A stretch of 64,000 nt of DNA, taken from assembly GCA_013239625.1 (NCBI GenBank), contig MU054391.1, forward strand, positions 5,105,824 through 5,169,823. Direction: 5' to 3'. The notes beneath the pieces were generated by a model. The model was not told where the DNA came from, did not search any database, and worked only from the letters and a program-made list of their open reading frames with translations. This stretch comes from Lama guanicoe (Eukaryota). Of this stretch, positions 38,646-52,335 are shown piece by piece. Each line of letters opens with the position of its first letter. The first letter of the stretch is position 1. Position numbers and translations under genes: made by a program.

Positions 38646-39934
38646 GTCAGTCTGGAATGCTACTATATAACCAGAGGGCACTAGGAAACAGAAAGACATA
38701 CGAGTCTGAACTGACACAGAAAGAAGCTAAGAAAACACGACTGAAATACTTTCCAAAGTAATTACCCACCTCCTATTAATTGCCAGCACTATCAGACTTC
38801 TTGGGAACACGCTGAAGCAGCTGGCTAGATACCTGTAAGGGCTTCATTAGACTCTTGGGGAAATATCTTTCCTTTTCTACTGAATAAATTTGGAACAGGA
38901 GGGATAAAGGACAACTTTAGAAGACACGAGTTCTACTTTACAAATAGTGACATGGTTCCTTCCATCACCTGGAGACGCCCCCTCCCCAGGCATCGCCGTT
39001 CAGCTCAGCGTTCCTCTGGAATACAAGATGACATTGCCAGCCTCCTGTTGGACAAGCCTTTGTTCTTGGGATGAAATACACTTACACGTACAAGTGTCCT
39101 GTATTCCTCTCTTCTCACTGAGGCCACGACAAGCGTCAAGCTGCCAGCACTCTCATCCACCCACTGATGATCTTCCTCACCACGCAGCTTCTCTACTTGC
39201 CCAGATTAATAAAATGAGCACAATAAATACACAGTAGCCACCCAGTATTTGTCAGGCTTAAAAGGTAATTAATGAAAAGTGCTGACTGGGTCACCTGTAC
39301 GCAGTAAGCATTCAAATATTAAGTATTATTAGTGAAGTAAAAATGTAAGCCAGAAGGTAGCTTAAAAGTCTATTATAACCCAACTCTCATTGTTTGAGAG
39401 CTGAGGAGACGAAGTCCTGAAGTCACACATGCAGTCAGTACCTACACGACACTGACACCCAAGTTACATCCTTGTGGGCAGACTCTTCACGGGGTGGGGG
39501 GGCAGGGGGCGGAATCCCAGGTACCATGTGCTATCACCTTTCGAGTTACCTAAGAACGCTGAAAACAAATCAATCCTGCATCTCCAAACTTCAGTTTTTT
39601 TAGATATCACATCTTACATATTTTGAATTTCAAATCACACTGAAGGCAGGTATAAAATGCATTTTTAGCAAGAAAGGGTTTTTAAAAGGTTGAGAAACAC
39701 CTCTTCGATTGTTCAACCAGTCTTTACTGAATGTCCATTTTCTGAAAGGCACTGACTATACTGGACAGTGGGAACAAAGAGTCAGTGGACAGGGATTTTG
39801 TCCTCAGAGAGCTTCCAGTCTGCAGAGAACAACATACGAATGAACAGACTACTTTCACACTGTATGACAAACACTGGAAAGGAGACTGAGTGGTCATCTG
39901 GACCACCAACTGGATGATGGGGACAACAAACTGT

Positions 39935-40200
39935 AATAATGGTAATGGTCTTGACCCTGAGTAACCTTCCAAGCTCACAAGGAGCTGGCTACTGGGCTGA
40001 GCTCCTCTCTGCTGTATTACATCGTTCAGTCATGACAACGATCATTGGTTCCATTTTACAGATGAGAAGAGTGAAGCTAAAGAGGTTGAAAGACAAAGAC
40101 GTGCCCAGTCACACGGCGACCAGGCGAGGGATCAAGAGCAGAATCCAGGTCTGTCTGACTTCAGCGTCCAAGTTCCAGTCCATTACCCTACCCTGCTGTC
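39935..40200 (-). mobile_element. MIR
   Basis: ccattttacagatgagaagagtgaagctaaagaggttgaa...gaatccaggtctgtctgact. Confidence 0.75.
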
Positions 40201-40829
40201 ATAGAGCTACAGAAGCAATTCAAAGTATAAACTCTTGGTTCAGAGAAACCTGCAGATAATGATTAAAAAAAAAAGTGAGACCAAAGTAGATAAAACGATG
40301 AATTGCATTTAGACGACTCACTAACAGACATCTTCCAAAAGAGAAGTTGTCACCATCGGCAGGGGACACGACTCTTGGAGCCTAAAAACAAGTGGCTCAC
40401 GTGCAGACCAGGACAGTCTGCCTTCAGCTCATTCCTGTTAGCAAAGAGTCACCTTTCATTTCACCTGCTACAGAGGCACCATCTCTCTTCCCAAAGACAG
40501 GAATATGAAAAGTTTCTCCTTCAACAAAAGAACAGAGAACTCAATTTTTTTTTTTAATCCTGGTTGCCACATACAATTTGAAGGACGTAGGACTACCTGA
40601 CACTGAGGCCAGGTTCCTCGTGACACTGTTACAAAGCATCTGAAGAGGCTTCACAGCCAGAAAGAACCCCTTCGGGAAAGGCCTCTCGGCTGGCGGTGCT
40701 CCGGGTCACACAACCCCAGGGAACACCGCTTCCTCTTCAATCCTCTGCTCTGTGTCCACAGACCACAGTGCGACTGGCATTCCTGGAAGTGGCCACTCTG
40801 AACGACAAGCCTCCCCCAGCCCATTCCTA

Positions 40830-41046
40830 ACATAATGCTACCGAAACACACACTGATGCTGAAGTATTTATGGGTGAAATATGGGAACTGGGATAGGCCT
40901 GAAAATACTCCAGAAAAATAAGTTGGGGAAAGGATTAAATAAGAATGGTGGAATTTTAATAATTGCTGAAGCTGGGCAATGGATATATGAGGGTTCATTA
41001 TATTATTTTCTGTACTTTTGTATTTGAAAAAGTTCCACAGTATAAA
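40830..41046 (+). mobile_element. Old L1 (L1MC/ME-like) 3' end
   Basis: gctgaagtatttatgggtgaaat...aattgctgaagctgggcaatggatatatgagggttcattatattatt. Confidence 0.75.
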
Positions 41047-41108
41047 CACACACACACCCCCCTCCATGGCATGATTTACATACGAGTTTAAACAGAATCA
41101 CCTGAAGC

Positions 41109-41243
41109 GGGGAGGGGGCGCTTTTAGCGTGTATGAGGTCCTAGGTTCAATCCCCAGTACCTTCATTAAAACATAAATAAATAAAACACAGATAAATTTA
41201 AAACCTAAAAATAAATAAACCTAATTACCTCCCCTCCAAAGAA
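41109..41243 (+). mobile_element. vic-1-like SINE lacking the A box, with target-site duplication
   Basis: ggggagggggcg-cttttagcgtgtatgaggtcctaggttcaatccccagtacc with tail aacctaattacctcccc. Flanks are agaatcacctga (41094-41105) and agaatcaccaga (41244-41255). Confidence 0.85.
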
Positions 41244-41904
41244 AGAATCACCAGAGAAACCTAAGAAAACTCTGATGCTATAAATTGATGTTATCAAGAA
41301 AGTGGGAAAACCGAGCCTGGATCTGATTGAAGAGACCACGCTGAGACCTCAGGACCTCACGGCTCTGGCAGGGCCTATCAGCGGGCTGGTCCCAGGGCAG
41401 TATGCAGAGACTGAATAAATTAGCCCTAATTGATTTTTCATGAGTTTGGAGGAAACATGTGCAATTGCCAGAGGCAAAAATCAGATTAAGAAATACCAGT
41501 CTATTTCAACCCTCACAAGAATCAAAAGCAACCTCGTAGAACAGAGACAGAATCAAAGTCCACAGGTCTGCACCCCGCAACAGAAACTACTAAACCACAG
41601 ATCACGCGAGTCGTTTCCAGCCCCTCGGGGGCTCGTGCCTCGCCCGCCCGTCCGCAGAGGAGCAGGCCTGCAGAGCCTCATCTGGGCGCGCGCGGGCTGC
41701 TCCAGCCCTCCCCTGGGGGGGAAGTGCAGGAGACACCACCGAGCAGCCCTTCCACGGAGGGTCTCTGCTGCTTCGCCAAGACAGCGTGCCCTGCCCCCGA
41801 TCCCCTCTGCCACACACGTGCCACCTGGGACGAGCAGGACGTACGTGTTTCTGTATTCACGAACGGCCCTGACAGTTAGGAAGGGAGCCAAGTGAAGGGG
41901 ACAC

Positions 41905-41916
41905 GGACGGACGGAC

Positions 41917-41952
<36 letters not shown>
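41905..41952. repeat. (GGAC)4-(AC)17 compound microsatellite
   Basis: GGAC x4 at 41905-41920 overlapping AC x17 at 41919-41952. Confidence 0.95.
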
Positions 41953-41955
<3 letters not shown>

Positions 41956-42417
41956 GCAACCCTAAATGACTCTTCCCCACCAAAACCAAACAAACAAACA
42001 AAAACCTCTTCTGGCTAAGGGCAACGCCTAAGGAGTGGTAACAGAGTTCTATCAGTGGACTTTACCAGACTGTCAATAGCCACTTGCACAGAAAGACAAA
42101 AACTATTTTGGTTTATTTGTCTTGCCATAAACGATCTGTGAAGCAGGTGGAAGAGCTACTCATGGCAGAATAAAATGTCTTTGTGTCTTTTTTTCTTCAT
42201 CGGTCCTTTCTCATTAAGTCATAAAGTGCCCTCCCTCTGAGCCCACACTGAAGAGATGGGGCCCACTCTCCACTCTTTATTTCTTCTATTAGAAATAAAA
42301 ATGTAACACTTTACAGGTAAATACAAGAACAAAACCCTACATAATTTATCTTTCTGCACACTCAATTCACACAGACGTCCAGAGTCTTCATTAAACATGA
42401 TCAAAATAATTACTTAC

Positions 42418-42563
42418 CATCCAAAGCAGAAAAGTGCAAGATAAAGGCCCAAAAGGGTGGCAACAACATGTCTTATAAAAGAGCTAGTTTTGCTCGAATG
42501 CAGGTAAGTCCGAAACCAAATGGCTGCTAGCAAGGCAAAGAGTTGGCACACTACAAAGTTGAC
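42418..42563 (-). CDS. MBOAT2: MBOAT2 coding exon 2 (146 nt, phase 0 to 2)
   Basis: Acceptor tttctctttacag|GTCAAC and donor GGATG|gtaagt. Encodes VNFVVCQLFALLAAIWFRTYLHSSKTSSFIRHVVATLLGLYLALFCFG(W); lies within ORF 42414..42656. Confidence 0.97.
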
Positions 42564-45500
42564 CTGTAAAGAGAAATTAAAATTTCGTATTAGCAACACA
42601 GACTTGAACTTTTCACTTGACGTTACATTTAAATTCTCAGGACAAAAAGACACCAAAGTTACATAAAATGGAGATCTTTCAGTTTGCTAAAGAAACAAAA
42701 ACAAAAATCAGGGTGTCTTCCCAGGGAGGACAGTCTCAAGTTCAACGTGACGGAGGCACATGGCAGGTGGGTGCCCAGCGCGGGGAGAGGCCTGGGGGCC
42801 CCGGAAAACCTGGAAGACACGGGGTGCAGATGGAGAAATGGAAAGCATGGTGCCCTATGGTTCGAGGGAAAGAGAAACTTATTTTAATGACTTCAGTGAC
42901 CCTGTAACAGGTAGAAAAGAAGAGCTCCGAGTTTCTCCAGAAGTCCTTGGGGTCAACATCGGTCAGGATTCTGGGAGTCTGGGGGCCGCACGATCCCCGG
43001 GTGGAGGTCGCAGCCCTCCCTGCACCTGGAGTCGCGGCGCTGCCCCCACTTCTGGGCACGGGGACCGAACGTCTCAGCCCCGGGGGCCTCTAGGACTGGC
43101 TCAGGAGGCCAAGGATGAATCAGAGAAAGGAGCCCCCAGGAATCCCCGAGGGAGAGCACCCCAGCCCAGCCCCACAGCACCCTGAAACCAGGCGTGACTC
43201 GTTCTCATCCACAGGAGAGGAGCACGCGAGGGACCGTGCCGCTGCGCCTTCCCCCAGGACAGTTTTTTGCCCTCGAAAAATGACAAAATAAAAGGCCACA
43301 TGTAAGACTCTCTGCGGTATTTAAAGACTCGAGAGAATTCTCCATGTCTCTCTTATGAAGAGGGTTCTCAGAGAACGTTAAGGAAAATGGGTATTAAAAT
43401 CTACAAACAAAAAATCCGTTTGACATCAGGTGCTTGTAAGAAACACACAACAAACTCACTGGTCTCGGGTACCTAAATTAGGAACAAATCACACCATCGA
43501 CATGCCGGAGCTGCCACAGATCCACAGAGATGTCTCTGCCTAAGGACAGGGACAGCTGTGTGCCTCCCCTGCAGCAGCAGGAGGACAGTTGGGCATTGTT
43601 GTCGCCGTGTGAGGGACCATTGTTCTTCCAAACACTTAGACTCCATACCAGCAAAACGTCATTCCAACAGGTTCTAAGCACTTTTCTCTCCTAAAGGGTT
43701 GTAACAATATTTTCTTAATTAAGGAAAAAGCATATATATCAGAAAAATGAATAATGATATTAATAATGATGCATAGCTACCAAGTTTCTTACAGTTTAAA
43801 AACTTTCTTTCAACCATCTCTTAATTGAACAAAAATTTATAGAGCATCCACTTTGGGCAAAGCATGGAAATCAAAAATTGCCTAAGTCCCAGTGAGAGCC
43901 CTGGGTGACTCTGGAATCTAGGAAAAAGCAAACTCATACGCAGAGAACTCAACCCACTTACAAGGCTAGACAGAAAGTGCCTTACGGACCCCTCAAAGGA
44001 GAGAGCGTGAAGGGGTGCCTGTCACAAAGCAGGCGACAGGAGAGCTCCTGATGACAGCTGATCTCCACGGCCCTCCAGGGAGTCTCCCCTCCCTCTCCCT
44101 CCTCTCTCTCTCTCTCTTGCATATTTGTTTAATATAAAGCAAAGTGTGAATGACTACAGACACCTTCTAGAATCACCGACGTGTAGAATTTTCTATCTTT
44201 GTAAACATCCATTTCAACACTGTCATCTCACGGATAAAGAAAAGGGGATCAGATCTCACTCCAGACACCGAATCAAAGTCTTTGGGGGCAGGCGCGAAAG
44301 TCGACATTTCAAAAACAAAAGCCTGGGTCCCCACTGTCCTCAAGGTGTGAGAACCACAGTGCTGGGAAATTAGAAAAAGGGCATTTTAAGTAAAACCAAA
44401 AGCCAAGCAAACAACAAACCCAACGTGAAGGGAGCACTGAGGCTGGAGAGCGTCGCAGCAGGTCGAGGCGGCTGCTGTCCCAGCCTCCTTGAGAAAGGAG
44501 GGCCTGGAGCCGCAGGGAGGCAGACAGGAGAGAACCAACTCACAGGACACTCAGGCCACAGAACCGGCGGCACTGGTCCCCAGGCAGGGGCGTGAGGCGG
44601 CGGGAAAGGCCACAAGTCATCATGGATGGTGACACAGATCAAGACAGGGCAATGTGGGGGGCGAGCGGGTTCTGGGGGGAGGGACGCTCCCCTGTGTACG
44701 CCCAGTTCGAGAGAGCCTGGGGAACAAGTGTGCACGCTTAGGAGATGGCTGGGAGACAGGTGTGCAGCCAGCAGGGCACAAGTGACTCTGAGAGCAGTGG
44801 ACACAGAGTAAGGTGACCTGTGGGAAGACAGGAGGGCCTCGGGCAGAGTCCCGTCGGGGCCAACTGACAGCAGCAAGAATGAGCACACTGTGTTTGGGGG
44901 GTAGGGAGGGTTTCAGAGGAGACTAAAGCAGCCAGGGTCACTGTCGGGGGATAGGGCACAAAGTCCAAAACAAGCCTCCTAACTTGGCAATGGCACCTTT
45001 TCCAGTGACCTTGCTGAGAACAGCTAGAGGGGCATTTGCAGAGCAGAAAGCCACATCTGCCGGAAGTGGAAGCTAAGTCTCAGTGTTTAGGTGACCCGTC
45101 CGAATGAATACAGCCTGAGAATAATGGTGGCTGGATAAATGTGCAAGAGACACACAGATGCGTGAAGCAGGGCCCTGCGCTGAAGGCACAGAGAGCTAGG
45201 GTACAACTGAGGCGCCAAGGAGAGGACCCAGGGAGCAGCGTGCAGTTAATCCTCTTGACCCAGGGGAGCATCCAAAGGCACATCTGGTACCTGTGCTGCC
45301 AAGGTGAAGATGGATTTAGATGGTCAGAAGATGGTGGGAACTCCAGAAGGGTGGAGCAGCACAATTCACATCAAGAAAAAAATCTGTCAGACATCCTGAT
45401 GGGGACATCCAGACTCTGTTACTTTCCATAGAAAACACCAGGACACGCACACACCCAATGTTCAATTAACTGTCCTGAAAGGTCTTAAAGGTAAAAGTTT

Positions 45501-46559
45501 CCCAAACTGGACCACATTTCAGTCATCCTTTCACGGGTGGGGTAGGGTTGAGGGGGCAACTGAATACTGCAGACGGAGAGACAGCGAGAAAGAACCAGCA
45601 GAGCTACAGCGCGGGGATGCGCAGCATATGCTGGGCACCTGACACTGCTTATCCCGTCTGATCCCAAGAACAGGTGCTACTTCCCCCATTTTACTCAACC
45701 AACTCAGGCCACTTACAGTAACAGTCAGTACCCCAGACTCACATCCACGTCTGGCCTAGGCTGTTCAATGGCTGCCTCTCTACCTCCAGAGGATGCCTGA
45801 AGGTCGAACTTGGCTGCTACAGACAAGACTATCTAGAGCATTTGGGATCAGCAAAACCGGAAAAAAAAATGGGAAAAAAGAATCTAATACATATTTCACA
45901 GAAACTAAAAATTAGACAGATTAGATTTTAAAATGAGCTTAAAAGAATTGTGCAGATGTGAATGTTCTGATGTGGAAGGTCACCAAGGTACACTATTCTG
46001 TGAAAAGCGTAAGCTGCAAAATAGAAGAACACATCGAACTCTTTGTGCATACATGCATTCATTCATTAAACATATGTTTATCCTGCACTTATGACTCTTC
46101 TGTGTACCTCCAATGTGCTAGACATCACAATGGTCTCCATTTATCCGGCTCACGCATGCCACCCCTCACTGACGGTAGTGGGTCAGTGTGCTCCCGGCAC
46201 GAGCAAGTGCTTCACGGGACAGCTCCCTGTAACCTCTCGACTGCCCTGTGGAACCAGGCACCTCTGCTCCAGGGCCCTGCTACTCGGCATGCTCTGTCCT
46301 GCTTCCGTATGCACACACACAGGGAAACCAGATGTCCACCTTTCAGACGGGGTCACCTCTAAGAAGGAGGTGATGGAGAAAAACAGTCCAGGATTCCCAA
46401 TGCCACACATACGATGAAACTCTGTTGGGTGAGGCTTGTGTGCAAAGCAAAGTCCTCCTTTCCTCTCCAAGTCCCTCCATTCCTTCCACTAAGAGTAATC
46501 AACGATCCTCAAAGTGGACACCGCACCCTCGTGGTTTTATACTTTTACTGCCTGAGCAA

Positions 46560-47230
46560 CTTACATATTGTATTGCATTGAATGTTTCACACTTTATAAA
46601 ATGGTAAAAGACTGAAAGCACGCACCTGCATCTTTTTTTCCCACTTAACATTATGCTACAACCACCTACCTACGCTGATGCATTTGCTTGCCTGCCGTAT
46701 AGCATCCCACCTGGAGCAGGATTCTTCCCCAGAATCTTTCCTTGACTAGATACGGCCAAACTGAGCAGTTTTACCACTTACACCCCTGCCAGCAGTGTGA
46801 CTTGCACTGCTCCATATTCCTGACAATGGCTGGCACTGTCAGACTTATGATGCGGCCAAGTCAATGGATGTAAAACATTAACTCGTTACCTTTTCATTTG
46901 TATCTCACCTGATTACTAGTGGGGTTGGCATTTTTCACATGTCTTTGGGACATTCAGTTTCCTTTTTATATTCTTTACCCATTTTTCTATTGGTTCTTTT
47001 TTCTCAATGATTTTTTTTTATCTTTATATACTTGAAACTATTCTTTTGCAAACAGCTTCTCTGTGTGTGACTCCCCTTTTCTCTTGGTTTATGGTGTCTT
47101 TTCCAATAGAATTTTTCTTTACACACAGCTATATTTTATTAAATGAATATGTGGACACATATCCATGTATTTCTTGGATTAGTTTTTTTTTAAAAAAATT
47201 GTTCAAGTGTGATTATATCATTGAATGAGA
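46560..47230 (-). mobile_element. Ancient L1 3' fragment
   Basis: ttttaccacttacacccctgccagcagtgtg...atttgtatctcacctgattactagtggggttggcatttttcacatg...ctttacccatttttctattgg is antisense L1. Confidence 0.7.
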
Positions 47231-47744
47231 GAAACCAGAAATTCTGAAATTTTCCACTTAACGGCATTAAAACATCTATCTATTTCCAACTTAAGCCAAA
47301 TACTGTCATGCTCCCAGCACTAACAGTTTCCCACTCTGTATAACAAATTACATTACATTTCACACAACCTAAATTATCTTCACAATATTCATGTGACATC
47401 AATGTTATCTCTGCCTTAAAGGAAACAGCAAGCATGAAAGATCTGGGACCCGGACCTCCTGACCCTATCTTATGCTCTTTCCTTTTAGTTCCAAAGTTGA
47501 ACCTGATCCTATCATGTTCTCATTTTCACTAAAGAATGCCAAGAACTGATGTGGGGCCAAGAAAATGAAAAAATGCTATTCACAACTTCACATCCTATCT
47601 CTACAACAGACTATGTATTTTCTCTTTTTATGCATTACATTTCCTCCCTTTTACTGGAACACGAGGAAGAGATGTCTGGGCTGCTCAAAATACTTACCAA
47701 GTTATACACTTATTTACTGTGTGGTAGTTTTCTGAACAGATCTG

Positions 47745-48029
47745 TGACTGTCCAATATGACACCAGCCACACGTGGCCATGAACATTTATATGTGGGTCC
47801 AAACTGAGATGTCAAATACATACCAGATTTCAAAGCCACAGAGTAAAATACCTCATTAATGTTTCTGTTGACTACATACTGAAATAGTATTTTGAATACT
47901 AATCAAATAAACTACATTATGGCATTAATTTCACCTCTTTTACTCCTTTTTAAATGTATCTATTAGAAAATTTTAAATTCCATATGCAGTTAGCATTGGC
48001 TCACATTTTATTTCTATTGGACAGCACTG
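47745..48029. mobile_element. MER33-like hAT element
   Basis: ctgtccaatatg...agccacacgtggc...aataccagatttcaaag-like core...ggctcacattttatttctattggacagcactg, with inverted ends. Confidence 0.8.
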
Positions 48030-48779
48030 GTAAATCTGATATACTCTATTTTAAAAGTTTTAAAAAAATGTTCTCCCTCTTATGAAAAAGTGTGTATATA
48101 CTTAAACTGCCCCATGAGCCGTACAACAGTTAATACCTGTTAATTACTTCTCCATCAGAATTAAGCATTCTCTGGTAAGCCAACAGTGGTCTCATAACAA
48201 GTTTAGGGTAAAAAAACCTTATATTTCAAGGCAGCTGAAGATGAAGTGCAATACTCAACAAATTAACAGAAGGACCCCCAAATCAATTGCTACCTCCACA
48301 TCTCTATCAATGGAATACAAATTACATCTAATGTTACCTTTCTAACAGTATAAGTGGCTTTGGAGAGCATATTTACATTCTTAGCCAGTGGCTCCTAAAA
48401 TAAACAGGCAGCTTCTGAGACCCTGCCCGGGTGGGGCTGGGGGAGTGAGGCACACAGTCCGTGGCCGAGGGTCACAGGAGTTGTCAAGGCCCCACAGACG
48501 TAACAACCTCGAGCATCCTCAGTGTCATGCTTGAATCAACCTGCGTAAGTCCAGCTGCGTAATAACCACCTGCACAGCTAGTCAGAAGTGGATTCCTGGG
48601 TACAAGCCCCAGGAGTTTTATTCCCTGCTCTGATACAGGACCTTAAATTCTTTTTTTTTTTTTAATTCCTCAGGCAAAACTCGTGTGCTCCATGTTTGGG
48701 AAACGTGTCTTCATCAATCAATCTCAAAGTCAAGGAGATATGACGGGGCCCAAAGGCAAGGCAAAGAGCCACTCTTTAA

Positions 48780-49520
48780 ATCTTTAGGAAATAATACAAA
48801 TTAAGTCCACGTAAGATACCATTATATATCCTCCAGATTGTCAAAATTTTTGAAATCTGACAATACCAAGGTAGACTATGATGTGGAGCAATGGGATCTC
48901 TCATACACGGCTTCCACAGACACTCTGGAAAACAGCTTGGCACTTCCTTACAGGACGACAGATGCTCACACCCAATGACTCAGCCACTCCACTACTTAGC
49001 AGGGTAACCTGGGGACCAGGAGACATGTACAAGAATGATCAAAACTGCATTGTTCCTCATAGCCAAATGTTAGAAAAAAAATCCTACGCCCATTAGTAGT
49101 AAAATGGCTAAATATATTATGGTATATCCATACAACAGTAAACTACACAAAACAATGAAAATGAAAGAACTATAGCTTCTTACAACATGTGGATTAAACT
49201 TAATACACGACGCCGTAGGAAAGAAGCCGTACATCGCTTGAATTCATTCGTAGAACACCTACAACATATAAGCAGATATTTGTAAAAAAGGCCCCAAAAC
49301 AAGCAATAAACCATATTGTTTGGGGGTGCCTGCACACGTGGTAAAACCACGAAGGGGAGCGTGGGACGATTATCACTCAAGTCAGTAAACGGGCTGTCTA
49401 CGCAGGAAGGGAACAGGCCACACTGAGAGGCACACAGTGGCATTTTGTGCGCTGGCAATAATCTACTTCTTGTCCAGGGCAGTTACAGAGGTACTGGCTT
49501 TTTAATTTTTTGTTAAACTT
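48780..49520 (+). mobile_element. Old L1 (L1ME-like) 3' fragment
   Basis: aaatctgacaataccaagg...atgtggagcaatgggatctctcatac...cactctggaaaacagcttggca. Confidence 0.75.
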
Positions 49521-51919
49521 TGTAAGTACGTAATAGTTATGATAACACTAGGTGCTGTGACAAACAGACACATAAAAAGCTTATGTACTGGCGCCAACAA
49601 AACTGAGGTTCAGGTACAGCCCAGAGCAGATATTCCTGGTCAGGGCGGAGCCTTCCCAGGCGGGTGGTTCAGTGGTCCTGGCTCCCCCTATTTTGTGGTA
49701 CGATCGCCCAGAACCTCGTCATTGCTGCACTCAGCCACAGGAAGGGAAATGGGAGAGCACACAAAAGGCACAGTTGTTTCTAAAGGGCCCCCGCCTGAAA
49801 ATGGGACACAGACCGCGGTCCCCCCCACCACCACGGGAAGAGCCAGTACCAGCGCCCGCCACACCGCGGGTGGACGGGGAAAGGCGCTGGCTGGGCACCA
49901 GGACAGGGGAGAACTGACTTGTGGGGAACAGCCAGCAGCCTCCACCACGCTGTTCTCCGGAAGGACACCCCAGTGACTGGCACAGTAACTGCCCATCAGG
50001 GTACAGGGCAGGGGAAAAGGATCCGTCACTGTATACCCCCGACCAGCTTTTTATTTTGCACCATGCACTTTTATTATCTACCCCCAAATACATTTTTTAA
50101 AAGTAATTTATGCTTCTTTTCAAATTTCCAAACCAAAAATTGAACACTGGGATTTAAGAATGTAATTATCTCATCTCCCTACACTGAATCTGCACTGCTA
50201 GTTCCATCCCACTAAATTTCATACAACAGCAGGCATGTCTTAAAGGATATAAGCATCTTCAAATGTGATTAGGACACCGCCACAGAAAAGCAACTCTTCC
50301 AAGCATGAAGGAAGTTAAACTGCACCAGTGTTAGAAGCAACTTTGGTCAAGCAGCACAAAGCACACTTAATTCAAGAATCCTGCCCTCCAGATAAATGGT
50401 AAAGACGAATCCTCTCCTCCAAGGCCCCCAGCTTGGTCAATGGGATCACTCAACTCCTTGACCAGAAACTATGGAAACTTCACGCATACTCTGGGGCTTC
50501 CAGACACTTTTTAAATCAGTTCTATACAGCACTTGTCACTTAGTGGCCTATTAGTCTGACTTTTCCTGTAGACTGTGAGCTCCACTTGGGAGCTTGGGGA
50601 CATATTTTATTCATCTGTGAATCCCTACCCATCCCAGAGTACAGTGCCTGGCTCCCTCTGTGCTTTTAATTCGCTGAAAGAAACAGTGGCGGGGGGGAAT
50701 CATGCTTCAAGCGCTTGCTTAAAATTCAGGAGTATACACTATTAAGAATATAACAGTCCGTGTTTTATCTTCTTTCTTAGAAGCTTAAAGCACTTAGTAT
50801 TAATTGTTACAATTAGAAACTTCATAACCAGAAATAAAAAAATAAACACCGAAGCCTAAAGAGGCACTGCACCCAACACTGAGCTAGCAGGCACTGTTCA
50901 GGCACAGGCAACAACACAGACACGGCAGACCCAGCGCCCGTGAAACTTCCAGGTGGGCAAGACGACACACAGACGCCCCGTAACAACCGCGGCTGCTGGA
51001 TGGGAGGCAGCGGACTGGTGTCCGGAGGAAACAAAGCAGAAACACTTATTTGGGATGCCTCGGGGTCCATCCTCTCTCCTGAATCACAGGACAACTGCCT
51101 ACCCTAATCCCACAAAAACAAAACGCCCTGGGTGTAGCCAGCAAAGCCCCCCGTCCACCAGGAAGACCACCCACACCTTGGGCACACCTCCTCCTCTCCC
51201 TTCCCAGACAAAGGCACAGAGGCCAGAGCCCGGACAGCCATGACCGCTAACCCATGCTAAACTCGCTGTCGTTGAAACAGCCAGACTCCTGGGGGCTTAT
51301 TAAAGACAGATCCTGAAGTGTATTCTCAGATCATCCACCGAAACCAAAACGCAGTAAGCTTTCCCACATGCACCAAAACAGAAGCGGAAAGCGAGTGATT
51401 CAATCAGGACACTAGCGATTCTACCCACCAGGTTAATGAGAGTGGATTTCATTTCAGTCTTGCCATCCACGTAAGATTCCTAAGAACTAAGAAGGAATTT
51501 CCTTATATTGACCTGTGAAATCAAAAGGTACTAAATTAATTGCATCCACACTGCTAAATTATGAACCTCAAGCAAAGGCAATCTACGGAAATGAGTTTTC
51601 CTGATAAAATAAACGCACCATACACACATCCCAAAATATCACACAGAACACAGACGCAAAGAAAGGGTTGATCTGCTTCCTATCCACGCTGCCTGTCAAA
51701 CATGCTCTGACAGATGACTAACAAGGAGCTCATCCCTAAACAGGACAGAGGGGAATAAACATAAGAACAAGGAACCATTGCCCCTTTTCTTAAGTGTTTG
51801 GGGGTGTGGTGTGCGTGCGTGTGCACGCCTCTGTATCTATCTCTTAGGTGGTTACAAATAATACTAGCAGATCAAAAGACTTGCTGAAGGGAAAAAGTAA
51901 GGAGTCTAAATTCACAATG

Positions 51920-52335
51920 ACTGGATAAATAAATCCTAGTACATCCATACAACAGGATATTCTTAGCAATAAAACGGAATCAATTATTGTGACACACACA
52001 ACAGATGAATCTCAAAATAACTGAGTAAAGTAATTCAGAAAAAAGGTTGTAATTCTATTTATATAAACTTCTAGAAAATACAAACTAATCTATACTGACA
52101 AAAAGCAGATCAGCGGTTGCCCGGGGATGCAGGGCAGGGAGACGCGAGAGGGCAGTATTACCAGGGGCTCGAGGAAACTCGTGGTGAGAGGGACACGCAT
52201 CATCTTTATTGCAGTGGTAGTTTCATGGGTGGAGGCATAGGTCAAAACATCCAGTTTTACACTTTAAAATGTACAGTTTACTGTGCATCAATTACACATC
52301 AATAAAGCTGTTTAAATTTTTTTAATAAAAATAAA
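51920..52335 (+). mobile_element. L1MB/MC-like 3' end
   Basis: tggataaataaatcctagtacatccatacaacagg...aaagcagatcagcggttgcc...caattacacatcaataaagctgtttaaa. Confidence 0.8.
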
